From Felis catus (lineage: Eukaryota), in NCBI RefSeq assembly GCF_018350175.1, contig NC_058368.1:141796001-141860000 (forward strand): a DNA stretch of 64,000 nucleotides, in the 5' to 3' direction. Below the pieces are notes generated by a model. The model saw nothing but the letters and a program-made list of their open reading frames with translations. It was not told the origin of the DNA and ran no database searches. Within the stretch, counting starts at the first letter, position 1. Each line of letters starts with the position of its first letter. A program made the translations under genes and the position numbers. Of the stretch, positions 49,481 to 61,977 are shown one piece after another.

Positions 49481-49949
49481 TGTCAATTATCTAAAAGGTA
49501 AGGATTATTCCCAATGAAGATGTTCTATGTAAAACTGAGCATAAGAGGATAAAAGAGCAGGTACCAATGGTAAATCAAACTTACCTGAGACTTCCGCAAG
49601 CTGTAGACAAATATCAAGGGCAGCCACTCCATCTGGATCCCCAGAAAAGGTCCAACTAGTCCAGAGGTGGTAACACCATGAGGAGAGAAACAGAAATAAG
49701 AAGTTTCAGATGAGGAGGTGATTTCCCCCACTCCCTCAGCACACTTGGCCCAATACCCCCCCAAAACAGAGATGGATCAAGATGGCCTCTCTACCATCTC
49801 CCCCAGCCTCCTTGCCCTGCTCTGTAGCAGAACCAAAGCCATACGTCAAAGTGCTCTAAATCACAACTTCGGGACCTTCAAAGCTAGCAGCTCGAGAACC
49901 TGTCACCCTTTTCCACTTGTGATTTATACAAACGTTAAGGATTTTTTTT

Positions 49950-50056
49950 TAAAGATTTTACTTCTAAGTAATCTCCATATCCAACTTGGGGCGTGAACTC
50001 ACAACCCTGAGATCAAGAGTCGCATGCTCTACTGACTGAACCAAGCAGGCGCCCCA
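49950..50056 (-). mobile_element. Short tRNA-Lys-derived carnivore SINE
   Basis: Antisense copy of the 45348 type; TSD taaggatttttttt at 49936-49949 and 50057-50070. Confidence 0.88.
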
Positions 50057-50126
50057 TAAGGATTTTTTTTTCTAAAGTGAACTGCTAAATTAACCAGTAG
50101 TCTTACCTCATCACTACAGTGACAAT

Positions 50127-51612
50127 ATATTTTTTAATGTTTTTTATTTATTTTTGAGAGAGTGCAAGTGGGGGAGGGGCAGAGAGAGTCAGACAGAGGA
50201 TCTGAAGTGGGCTCTGTGCTGACCACAGCAAGCCAGATGTGGGGCTTGAACTCATGAACCAAACCATGAGATCATGCCCTGAGCCAAAGTTGGATGCTCA
50301 ACTGACTGAGCCACCCAGGTCCCCATACAGTGATAATGATTTTTAAAGGTATGCACAGGTTTTAGCTTGTCAGCCCATTTAGGCAAAGCTGTGTTGAAGC
50401 CTCTCTGTTGGCTGTTTTTATTCACTTTACCTAAGAATAAATACAGGCTGGGGCGCCTATGTGGCTCAGTTGGTTGAGCGTCTGACTCTTGATTTAGGCC
50501 CAGGGCATGATCTCATGGTTCATGAGTTCAAGCCTAGTGTTGGACTCTGTGCTGGCAGTGTGGGGCCTGCTTGGGATTCTCTTTCTCCCTCTCTCTCTGC
50601 TCCTCCCCCACTCAAGCACATGCTCTCTCTCTCGCTCGCTCTCTCAAAATAAATAAATAAACTTAAAAGAAGAAGAAGAAGAAGAAGAAGAAGAAGAAGA
50701 AGAAGAAATAATACAGGCTAACATCAATTCCGAGCAGGGAAATAGAAAACAGATGTAGAAAACTGGGCATACAATATGTAAAGGCTGGCACAAAACCTAG
50801 AAGATACAGAGGGAACATGGAAAAGAAAAACAATCATGTTAGAATGGTAGGAATGTGGGAAATTTCTTTCTTAAAAATTTTTAAAAAAATATTTATTTAT
50901 TTGAGACAGAGAGAGAGAGAGCCAGAGAGCAAGAGAGAGAATCCCAAGCAGGTTCTACACTGTCAGCACAGAGCCCCATGCAGGGCTTGATCTCAAAAAC
51001 CATGAGATCATGACCTGAGCCAAAATCAAGAGTCAGACACTCAACCAGCCCCTGAGCCACCCAGATGCCCCCTTTTCAAAAATTAGTTTAATTTGGAATA
51101 ATATTATTTTTAGGATTAAGAAAACTCTAGCATTAAAAGTAGGGAACACCAATATTTTAAGGGATTCTTAAAATTAATGTCCAACTTTTCTAACAAAAAA
51201 GAAAATAAATGAAGACACACATTTTTAAAGTCCACTGTCTTATTTCTTCTGCTCTAAATATGTGGTGATATACACACTTATCTAATGCAACTGTTAACAC
51301 AAACACTGGAAAGAGCTAACATTTATGTGCTATTATCAGTAATGATGCAGCATTGGTAACAGAGGTCTCTCTCCATTTTTCTTCTCATAATAATTAATTC
51401 TAGGGGCACCTGGGTGGCTCAGTCAATCAAGCGACCAACTCTTGATTTCAGCTCAGGTCCTGATCTCATGATTTGTGGGATCGAGTCCAGCATTGGGCTC
51501 TGTGCTGACAGCATGGAGCCTTCTTGGGATTCTCTCTCTCTCCCTCTCTCTCTCTTTCTGCCCCTCTCCTGCTGGTGCTTGCTCTCTCTCTCTCAAAATA
51601 AATAAACATAAA
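50127..51612. mobile_element. Four CanSINEs in alternating orientation: 50127-50325(-), 50450-50709(+) with a (GAA)13 tail, 50880-51072(-), 51403-51612(+)
   Basis: Heads and tails visible; TSDs tacagtga(c/t)aat and aatacaggct for the first two. Confidence 0.92.
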
Positions 51613-51689
51613 AAATTCTAATATTTCGACATGCAAACGACACAGAATTAGAAGGAAAAGCTTACAGATTCAAAGACAAAACTGGTATG

Positions 51690-52035
51690 CAAAAATTCTA
51701 GATAGGCTTGAAGGATCGGCTCCAACAAGAAGGCATTTTAATGATGTTAATATAATGCCCTACAGTTGGATACTAAAATTAACTGCCAAAGTACAGAGGT
51801 GAAACATCTTACCAAGAACAAGGAGACTAGATTTAGGGCTTTTATTGTCCACAGCTTCAGTAGTAGTAAACAATTCGCTAAAGTTCCCCTAAAAGCTAAA
51901 GTAATTTTAGTTCCACTTTCAGAACAAGGAAGGCAATGATCCTCCTGCAGAGTACCCAAATGAAACCAAAACTGGAATACAGTATTGAGGAACCTGGATG
52001 AGCAATGGCTAGAGGATTTCCCCAGAGGAACCAGG
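51690..52035 (+). mobile_element. Degraded CR1/L3 fragment
   Basis: 'agaacaaggaaggcaatgatcctcctg' and 'aaaccaaaactggaatacagtatt' (KPKLEYSI, resembling RPHLEYCV). Confidence 0.5.
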
Positions 52036-52230
52036 CAAAGTCCTTCCCAACTCTGTGATTCTAATCTCTCAATTCCCATGGTAGACGAAGGGTTCATCAT
52101 CCAGAATACATGGAATCTACACAGGGTTGTGAATTGGTTTCAAGAGACCTGCAAATATTCTAGCACCATATGCAAAATGGTCTGTTCCCTATGTAATAAT
52201 AATGCAAGGCATTTAAAGACTAATGCTTTA

Positions 52231-52422
52231 GGGGCGCCTGGGGGGCTCAGTCCTGTTGAGCGACCAACTTACACTCAGGTCTTGATCTCGCAGTTGGTGA
52301 GTTCGAGCCCCACATCAGGCTCCCTGCTGTTAGCACAGAGCCTGACCCGGATCCTCTGTTCCTCTCTTTCTCTCTGTCCTTCCCCCGCTTGCACACTCTT
52401 TCTCAAAAAGGAAAAAAAAAAA
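52231..52422 (+). mobile_element. CanSINE
   Basis: TSD aaagact(a/c)atgcttta at 52215-52230 and 52423-52438. Confidence 0.93.
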
Positions 52423-53189
52423 AAAGACTCATGCTTTAGATCAGTGTGTCTCAAAGGGGGTAACGCTATTGCCCAGAAGACAGTGCACTGCCACCCAAAG
52501 AACTGTCTCAGCACCCTGCCCAACAATTTCAGACATTCAGATTTGGACATTATACACATATAGGTGAGACACTTCAGTAATTACCTCCAACTCCATTCTA
52601 CATATAAACACAAGGCATTTCCATGTGGTTTTAACATACATAGAAACTTCCACATATACAACTAATATACACTGTTTTGTCTACAACTTTACCGCGAGTC
52701 ATTTAGTACTTTGGAAGATCTTGTTATTGACAACAGTGCAGCTGGTGGGTTTGAGTTCCCTCAGAATACCTCCAACAGTCCGCATCCACACAGGGATGAT
52801 TCTACACATATGAGCAAATATACTTATTTAGCCCTTATTTCAAAAACCAACTATAAAGAAAAAGGGTCAACAACAATCACTTGAATTTCAACTCAAAATT
52901 CGTTATAAAGTGATGTAAGCATTTGGCCACTTCATTCTGTAGTTGTCACTATGGAGAAATACATGTTATAAGTTATTTGTTGATATATTTTTCTTTTACA
53001 ATTAGGTCAGCGTGTTTTTTTCTTCGCCTCTTTCTCCCTCCCTCCTCCCCTCCTCCCTCCCTTCTTTCCTATCCGTTCCTTTTTCCTTTCTTCTTTTTTT
53101 AATGATGTGTTTGAGTAGGTTACATTGTCCAAGACCTTCATGCCGGGATAGTAAAGAGGTGTTACAACATGTTTGTTAGGAAAAGAGGG

Positions 53190-54010
53190 TCGTTGGCACG
53201 AACACTGCTCAGAGTCGTCGCTGCGCAGACCAGTCCTTGAGCATCACGCTTCCAAAATCTCTTAGAAAGTGTTTAACGTTCCACGCTCTCAAAAGAAGGT
53301 CCAGCATTGGTATGTGTAGAGCGGTCTGAGCTCATCCGGAACAAGAGGTGCAAACACTAAACCAAAAACCCCACGCGGGGCTCTCTGGGAGAGCGGGTCC
53401 TGTCGCCGGAGCCCCGGGGGTGGCTGTCCGGGAGGTTCTCTGGGCCTCGGCCGTCCGCGCTGGCGCAGGCTCTGCACCCAGGGGCCTGCGGAGGCCCGGC
53501 CCGAGAGCTTCGCGACGCTCGCGTCCCAAGTCCACGCCTGGCCGCGGACGCAGCCACCCGAGCCCGACGCAGCCGAGGGCCCTCCGTCGGGGCCGCTGTG
53601 GCCCCTGACTTATTATTAATGTTTTCTAAAAAGACAAAAGTGTAAATCATTACTCAGCCCAGCCCAGTCACCAGGCAAACTGTGTTTAATAAATTAGCTT
53701 AATCTATTCCGCAAGTGGTTTGTGAGTGCAGTGTTTCCTCCAGTTAAGGAAAACATTTATATTCTCTCTCTGCCCTGCGCTCCTAGGCGCCCAGAGTCCC
53801 TCCCGGGGCGGGCACAGGGCGACGGCTCGGTCGCTGGTGCTCTCTGCCCTCCGCCCGCGAACATCCCAGCTCGAGCCCCGGGGCCGGTGGCCAGGAGGGC
53901 AGTTGGTGGCCGCGTGGCTTTGTCCCCCTCGGGCCCCCGGCAGCAGCCCGGGGCGCTGGTACCCAGCCTGCTTCTTCGCGGCCCAGATCCCCACCCCGCG
54001 CGCATTGCCC
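53190..54010. promoter_or_regulatory. CpG island, bipartite, with no linked coding exon visible
   Basis: Two very GC/CpG-rich blocks (about 53370-53605 and 53770-54005) separated by an AT-rich core; not SINE-derived; CpG observed/expected not computed. Confidence 0.85.
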
Positions 54011-54019
54011 TCTTCCAAA

Positions 54020-54480
54020 GGGGCCTCTTTAACAGCTCCCCATGAAATAATAATTCATTATGTCACCGGGAGGGAAGAAAGGGAGTGTAAGTGTCTTGAT
54101 GGGATTAGAGGAAACCCCTGCAGAGATGATTTAGGGGCCGTGATAATTCATTTAATAGGGGCCTGGGGCAAATTGCTAGACAGGGAAATGGAACTGAACC
54201 AGCCTAGAAAGGGCGCACGACAAGGCTGTGTGGGAGAGCTGGCTTCATTAGCAATATTTAAGAGATTTCATTTAAGAATGAGTCATAAAATGCAGTACTA
54301 TTTTATCCACCTGGTTTGGTGGCCTTTAGCTTTCCTCTGCATGAATATTAAATTTGAAATGGCACTACAGCAACACATTTTGGAAAGTGTTCTTTGGGCT
54401 GTTATTTGTATGGTTGGTTTAGTTTCTCGTTTGTTAACCTTTTAAAATGAATATCATTGAAAATGGATAACTGTACAACC
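54020..54480. promoter_or_regulatory. Candidate conserved non-coding element adjoining the CpG island
   Basis: Repeat-free; ataattcatt occurs twice, plus gggatta, tgagtcataaaa and TAAT cores. Confidence 0.45.
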
Positions 54481-56669
54481 AGAACTCGAAAAGATTAGGG
54501 GGAATATAATGCTTTAGAATAGGTTGTTACTAAACTGGGTAAAGGATTTAAGTTTTTATTGATCCAAACACAAAAGGCATAGAGAGTGAGTCAGTAAATG
54601 GCAAATTACTTTGACAATTCCCAATTTTCATGCAGATTTTGTGAAGCTGCCCCATTCAAAGCCACCAGCAGCCTGGATGAGACCACAAAGCAGTGAACAC
54701 AGATGGGACTTGCCCACAGACACCCTGAAAAGTCAAACACACTTCAGGAAAATACTTCCAAAGACTGTTTTCTTGGACAGATAATATTCTGTTTTGTTGC
54801 CAAAAGGCAAAGGCAAACTCTAGCTTGATTGTAAAACATTTCCTTCAAATGTAGGTTTTTATTTACTGGGGGCGTGAGTGGATAGGGTGGGGGTTGCTTG
54901 AGATTTTACAAACCCAAGAAGTTTAAATGTGGAAGTACAGTGGTTCCAATGACAACTATACTTTAAAAAAATATTTCTTTTTTAGTGTTTATTTCCTGTT
55001 TGGTTTCAGTGGCTACCTTGCCATACGTATGTGCCACCAAGTTGGAGAGTCCCAGCCAGGAAGCGTTTTAGTAAATACACAACCTTCACAACACTGCGTC
55101 CCACCCATTTGTGTCGCCTAACGCTCTTCCCTTCAAAAATCTTGTATTTGCAAAATAAAGCATTAACTCTGATTCTCTCCTTTTTAACAGTAAAAATAGC
55201 TTTTCCAGATATGCCGCATCCATTTTTTTTTTTTTTTTTTTTAAATCACAGCTGCATTCTGTTATTTTCACAAAACAACTGGCAGGTCTCTATTCACAGA
55301 GCTGCTCTAGCCACATAGGATACATAAGATGCATAATTAATACGTCCTTTAAACGACTTTCCTAATCAAAAAAGACACTAACTATATGTAAAATTATTCA
55401 CTTACATATATTGGTTTGTGTAATTTTCCACAATGACAGTAAAGTTGGTAGCTAAATATATTCTCATATATAACAAAACTCAGCAAATGTCTTTTGTAAG
55501 GCATGCCTGGTGAGGTTGGTACTAATGTTTGTGTTCCCCCTGTTTATACTCCACCATCTCCTAGTAAAGATGCTATGTTTTACATAGGATTGTAAACTAC
55601 TTTGGAATATAATAAGAGGAGCTGTTTCATATAAAATAAAGGTCACTAACGTACTATTCAGTCAGTCACTGGACAAAGACAAGCGTCATTTGAAGCTGTT
55701 AGTTCCCGTCAGAGCCACTTCCCAGTTCTCAGACTCTTGGCTTTTCTCAGGGCTTCCTTTAAAGAAAAGCATTCTGTACCAGCCATTTATAGCCATGGTC
55801 AAGGCTGGACTAAGTTCTGAGAAGGTAGCTCCTCCTGGACTTAAGAACTTTCATTCTTTCCTTCCTCATGTGAAAAATCATTCTAAGCCTGACTACGGGA
55901 ACCCCAAATCTGTTTGCAACATCTATTTTTCCTTTTCTGAAATAGAATGTAGTAGAAAGCCAGAAAGCAAAGCAAAGAGGCTCCAGAAAATGGTATGCAC
56001 ACATACCCAAACCGTTGAGTCTTGGCATAGCTCATAGTGTTTAAATGATACCACAGATATAGTTTCAAGCACACTAAATGCATTGCCACCAGACAATCAG
56101 TTTGGGGACACTATTGTGTGCAGACGCGGGGATCGAAGGGAGGAGGTACAAATGCAGAGACTGTTTTCAGTTTTCTGGGAGCCCAGCTTCCACACACAGG
56201 CATCAGCAGGCACAGAGCCACAGGCCTTCCAACAAAGGGGACAGGAATGTGACATTATGCACATAACCAAATACTTTAGAGGACAGTGTTTCTGACAAAA
56301 ATATTCCAGGGTTTCTTCTAATTACATATATACATACACAGAGGTGAAGAAAAGGCATAGCCAATTATTCAAACTACCTTCCCTTTGTTAAAAATATTCA
56401 TATTTAACATGCTAAATACTATTTCTGAGGACCACACAATTTTTTTTTTATGGCCACACAATTTTTAAAAAGAAAGCCTTTCTGTGAATCAACCGGAAGC
56501 ACTTCCAGACAGCAGAGAGGGGCCTCGACCACTGTCTCCTGCCCCTCCCTCAGCGCAGCCGTGGACACCGAGTCAAGGACAAATCTCAGGAGATCACTGC
56601 TTTTGGAATGGGAAACCACCCTGCTTCAGTAATGTGGGTGAAATACATCAAACTTAATTAAAATAAGTT

Positions 56670-57080
56670 TATACTATAAATTGGCCTAAGCTTTGTGGAA
56701 AGTAATTTGGCAATACGTATCAAAAGCCTTAACAACATTCAGTACATTTACTCTAACAATTCTATCTCCGGGACTAGTTTCTGGGGAGATCATCTGAAAG
56801 GCAAACAAAGACGTAGGTAAAAAGACGTTTATCTTTAATATTTACAGTGATAGGATAAAACTAGAAACCACCGAAACATCCAATAACAGGAAATAATGAA
56901 GTAATACAATGGAATTTAATAAATGCATATTCAATTTTATACATACAGGATGCTCTGAACTGTATAAAACAATAGAGAGTAGAGAAATGTTAACATGATT
57001 ATCTCAGGGTAGTGGGGATATGTATTCTTCCCTCATATTTAGTAAGTTTGCTATAATGAGGATGTATTACTTTTCTAATA
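56670..57080 (+). mobile_element. Old L1ME-like 3' fragment
   Basis: 'tataaattggcctaagctttgtggaaagtaatttggcaatacgtatcaaaagcctt', 'aaactagaaaccaccgaaacatccaataacagg'. Confidence 0.75.
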
Positions 57081-57867
57081 TATACCTTTTTATATAACAT
57101 ACCGGTTTTGTACACACACACTGTCACACAAAATTCATTAATTCTTTCTATGTTTATAATAAGCTCACAGGCAAACCAGAAATCTCAGACTCAAAATAAA
57201 ACTGACATAATTAGACATTTTCCCCTTAAATAGCCACATAAAAATAATTCATGTCAAGCAATGCATAGCTACATGTTTTCTCCTTTATCCAATAAATAAA
57301 CTTCATATTTAGTGATCATTGTGATTTTCTTTTGTGGACATACATCAGTAGAAAAATTTCCATGATTTGGTTAGAAAAGTCAGCCATTCAGGTGGTCAGT
57401 CCACATGATCATGATCATTGACAGTCCGCACTTAGCAGTTCGGGTACTCTTATTTGTTCATTATACAAATAATGGCAAATGGCAAATTTGCAAGGACAGT
57501 CCTGCTCTTAGGCAGGCCATTGAATTATCTACAAAAATCTGTTTTCAGCAGCAGACTATCCAGAAATTTGACCCCTCGGCTCTTTTCTTTCTTTTCTTTA
57601 AACTAGGTCAAGTGGCTGTCCCTGTAGCACCATCAGTATATTCAATAAAAATCAAGTATATCTTGTGTTTGAAACATACATTATAAATAGATGTATAGAT
57701 GGAGCAGATATTGAGAAAAGAAATGGTAAAGATTATGAATATTAAGATTTATATTAATCTATAAGCCTATTAAAGTACAGTAAAACCTGTCCTTCAGACC
57801 ACCTTTTTAAAGATATCACCTCCCTGATGGGACCACTAAATTTCGGGCCAAATTATTTTCCCATAAA

Positions 57868-57929
57868 GAACAATGAAAAGAAAATGATTATATTAAGACT
57901 ACTTCTACTATGGTTTCTTTTCATTGTTC
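57868..57929. repeat. Perfect 16-bp inverted repeat with a 30-nt spacer
   Basis: gaacaatgaaaagaaa (57868-57883) and tttcttttcattgttc (57914-57929). Confidence 0.95.
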
Positions 57930-58643
57930 CGCCAAAAATGATTCCAAACAGTAAAATAACATTGATTTTGACCTTGTTAATGAACCTGAAGAACTTCATG
58001 GAATACTCAAACGCCGATTTCCATTTTTAACAGGAAAAAAAAATGGACCCGCTGCCTCACATTGTCGAAAACACCAGCAGCAGGTAGGGATGATTTCATT
58101 GGTATTCGGCAGATGTAGCTTATCTTGATATCGCTAATGTTCCGTAAGGTTTGTCATGTGGATTTTTCTTTGTGCCAAAAGCTGGAGATGATTGTGTGAT
58201 TTGTAAAATATTGAAGAAGCCTTCAAACCGAGAGGTTTATTGCATTTCTTTTTGGTTACAAGGATTCTCACATACGTTATTACTGAAGTGATTTTCAGTT
58301 TTCCAAAATGCCACTCTCTCCCAGGGAACAACTTTCTCTCCTTTGGCCTGAAAGGACTCCCTGTGGCTTTGACCGGCTTTTCTTCTAAACAAAACTGCCA
58401 TGCCATCCACACTCCCTGAGCCCCCCTCGAGGTGGACCCTGGCTCTCTTAATCAGGTTCTCCTTCAGCTTGCTCATGCCAGTCCAAACGCCTGAGGCCTT
58501 ACCCCTCCTGTGTTGGGCTTCCAAAGCATATTCCCTAACTTTTTAAGTCTCTGGACTTGCTTTTCTTTGCAGCCTACCAAGTATACAATGCAATGGTTTT
58601 TTCGTGTCTCCTCCAGTATCCTTCTATTTAAATAGGACTTTTT

Positions 58644-58842
58644 TTTGTAATGTTTATTTATTTTGAGAGCGAGCGAGCAAGTGGATGATGGGCAGAGAGA
58701 GAGGGAGAGAGACAATCCCAAGCAGACTCTATGCTGTCAGCACAGAGCCCTATGTGGGGCTCGATCCGATGAGCCGTGAGATCATGACCTGAGCTGAAAC
58801 CAAGAGTCAGATGCCTAACCCACTGGGCCACCCAGGCACCCC
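58644..58842 (-). mobile_element. CanSINE
   Basis: TSD ttaaa(t/c)aggacttttt at 58628-58643 and 58843-58858. Confidence 0.94.
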
Positions 58843-59369
58843 TTAAACAGGACTTTTTAAAACATGCATATAAAGAATTGGTCAGGTGTTGATATCCTTT
58901 AAATTACTCATATGTGTGCAAAGAACATATCTTAAAATTCTCCAATCAGAGGGAAACAGGTGAACAACAACTGCAAATTTTTAGGCCTCCTTGGGGGACT
59001 TCGCTAGACCCCACAGTCTTGAGGGCAGGAACCCAGTCCTGTGTGTGTCCCTGGGCCCAGCTTCGAGCCCAGGGCCTACCATCATCAGCTCCCAGCCAAC
59101 TGGTGTGGAACTGAACCAAGCTGCCAGTCACACCAGATATCTTGCCCTCATTCTTTAGCTGGAGGTCACGGGACAGGCACCAGCTCAGAATCACAGTCTC
59201 TTGGTGCTTGAAGGGGCCTTGGAGCACACTGGCTGAGCTGAGGCTTCACATCTTAGAGTTACTGGGGTCTTGAGGGAAGAGATGCCTCAGGTGGTGTCAG
59301 TACACATAGCCATGAACCTCATGGGTGAAAAGCACAGGTGTTTCTTTCTGCTCCTACAAAGAGACCCAT

Positions 59370-59485
59370 GAGGAAGAAGAAGAAGAAGAAGAAGAAGAAG
59401 AAGAAGAAGAAGAAGAAGAAGAAGGAGGAGGAGGAGGAGGAGGAGGAGGAGGAGGAGAAGGAGGAGGAGGAGGAAGAGGAGGAGA
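59370..59485 (+). repeat. Compound (GAA)17(GGA)11... microsatellite; 116-nt pure purine tract
   Basis: Read directly from the sequence. Confidence 0.97.
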
Positions 59486-59644
59486 TTTTAGTTGATTGCT
59501 TATAGTAATAAGCAGCCAGCCACGTGGTTTGAACTCAAAAATAAACAAGAAATATTCACAGCTTAATCCTTTAAATACTGGCATGTCATAACAATGAATT
59601 TTCTCAAGCAGGGTTTATTTTTTTCAGCCTGAGATGGAGACAGT

Positions 59645-59850
59645 AAGACATAGTGGACAGTGAGTGAGATGTGGCATTTAGTAACTTGAGTTTGACTTCC
59701 AACTGTACAATTTGCTAGCTGTGTGACCTTCGGCAGGTCACTTATCCTCTCTCTGGGCCTCAGCTTCCTCATCTGTAAAATGGGCATAATAATACCATCT
59801 GTCTCCCTGGGCCATTCGAAGAGCTAAGGAAATAGTAGATGTTGATGCAT
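59645..59850 (+). mobile_element. MIR
   Basis: 'gctagctgtgtgaccttcggcaggtcacttatcctctctctgggcctcagcttcctcatctgtaaaatgggcataataatacc'. Confidence 0.9.
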
Positions 59851-61451
59851 CACGTAAGGCAACAGTAAGTTATTTCTTTGCTTGAAAAAGAATTCCAAAG
59901 CCATGGCCGTGCATATAAATAAAAGAAAACACAGGTAAAATGGAATTTCCACAGTCATTTTAATTTAGACACTCTCTCTCTTTTAAACCAGCTAATTGGG
60001 CGATGAGATGTGTAATGTAACAGAGACACCTGGGTATAAATCCAGCCGGAACCAGAGGGGACACCCCACCACCTCTTTCTATGCTGTCACCTTGAACCTG
60101 TCACTGCTTCTCCTCTCCCCTGGGGTGGGAGTGGGGCAGAGAAGTAGCCTTTCTTCTTCTCTCCCCTTCCCAGCAGTCCTCCTGTTCCCTGCTAGGGACA
60201 CTGGGGAAGCTCGTGTCTTTGAACCTGAGGCTGAGAATAGCCTGAATTCTTAGGAAGAATAGTATGGTTTTCTTTCTGTTCTGTTCTTTCAGGGTAGTCT
60301 CCTTGTCACCTCCCCACTTACACAGGGTGGTGACGATGCCCTCTTCTCAGACTCACCCTATCTCCTTCCTCTGATTCATTTTACTGCAGGTAAACAGACC
60401 ACAGTTCTCCCTCTGAGCCTAGTGTCCTTTCTTCTTCCTTTGTCAGTTTTCTCCTTCTTCGCCTGCCAATCTACAAGTAACACAAGCAGCTTCACCTTTT
60501 GGCCTCAGGAAGCAGAGCAGCAAAAGAAAAGGCATTATTTGTGTCTCACTTTTGCGGTTTCTATGGGGGCAAGTCTGGCTTATTTTGCACACTCATTGCT
60601 AACATCAATGGTGCCAGGGCATGAACATCCACGGTTCTGGACTGAAATTTGCTTTCTCTGACACTGAAAAGACACTTTGCATGTGCATGTACTCCCTCAA
60701 CAAACATTTGCTGAGGGGTTACTCTATGGTAAGCACTGTGCTAGGAGCTAAAGAAGGGAGCAACGATGTATTGTCCTTCTGAGGGGTGCTCTGCATTTCC
60801 GGAGGCGTCCTCATTTGCTTCTGCACTTATCTTACACTAAAGTTAGCTAAAGCGTCTTCCCTGACGTAACGCTGGGCACCTACTCGAGGCGCAAGAGATC
60901 CTCATGAAATCAGAGTCTTAGAACTTCTAACCGGGCGGGACCACCGAGTCCTACTCTGTATTTAACCAGTGAGGACGGAGAGGCCTAGACAGTAAGGGCC
61001 TTGTTGGAAGCCACCCACCGTGGCCTGTTTCATCTGTCTTGAGGAGTGCAAGGCTGGTCAGCGTAGTGACCCAGGGATGTCCCAGAAGATGGCTAGATGT
61101 CCTTTCCAGTCTGGAGAGTCTAGGCAGACCAGAGAGAACGGGGCGCGGGGGGCCCGGCCAAGAGGCCCTCTGGAGAGTTCAAGAATCTGAAGCTATGCGA
61201 GCTGCCGCGGGCTCGCGCCCTGGCGGTGTTTGCCTAGGCCATCACTATCAGCATCAAATTCACTCACTGCTTTGTTAAGTGCTTTGGGATTTCTCAAGTA
61301 TAAAAGGTGCTATATAGAATCAATCACAGGAAACTCTGCTGCTGGCAGCTCAGAACAGCTACCGTAAGCGGTGTCCACTCAATCAATAGTCCCTCACTGA
61401 GAAGGGGAAAGTATACCATTAAAAAGATGTGCTCTTAGAAAAACTTCCCTC

Positions 61452-61487
<36 letters not shown>

Positions 61488-61977
61488 TGCCTTACAAAAG
61501 TATATAGAAAGCGTGCAATATACCGTTCCTCCAAGAGCAACATTAAATATGATGGAAAGAGTTGCTCACTGCTTACCACATACTTATGCTTTCATTTTAA
61601 CCAGGCAAGAACACAGGCTTACACTGAGTCTGAAAGCTTGGAGGCTCCATACAGGAAATGCCTATTAGATTTTAAATCTAGTTACAACATAAAAATGAAA
61701 TTAGTTCTCTGACACCAGGGTAGAAAAAAGTGATTTCTAAAAATTGCTTGCCAAAGAACAATATGCACGTTGGGAACACAGCATACCGTCTGCCTTCAGT
61801 AATGTTTGAGTAGGAAAATATATAGATGCCTAACATTTTATGATGCTTAAGAACTGGGCTCTTTGCACAATCCTGAAAGAATATTGATTTGGGATATTTT
61901 GGAGTTTCGTTTTATTTCAGAAGGCAAAAATGTAAACAAAAAATCATGTTATCATATACACAACTTCATGATATTTC

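Noticed and set aside
49579..49657. Consensus minus-strand donor CAG|GTAAGT with a possible upstream acceptor
   Set aside because: Single splice signal without supporting exon chain or transcript evidence
51985..52563. 192-aa ORF
   Set aside because: Reads through a CanSINE (GAPGGLSPVERPT...) and its poly(A); chimeric chance frame
53726..54445. Longest ORF (239 aa) and overlapping ORFs in the CpG island
   Set aside because: Non-ATG start, Arg/Pro/Gly/Ala-rich low-information sequence expected from GC-rich DNA, open frames on both strands, no recognisable domain
61456..61484. Isolated poly(A) runs (also 45628-45652 and poly(T) near 37143) as processed-pseudogene tails
   Set aside because: No upstream mRNA-like body or TSD identified; treated as mononucleotide microsatellites
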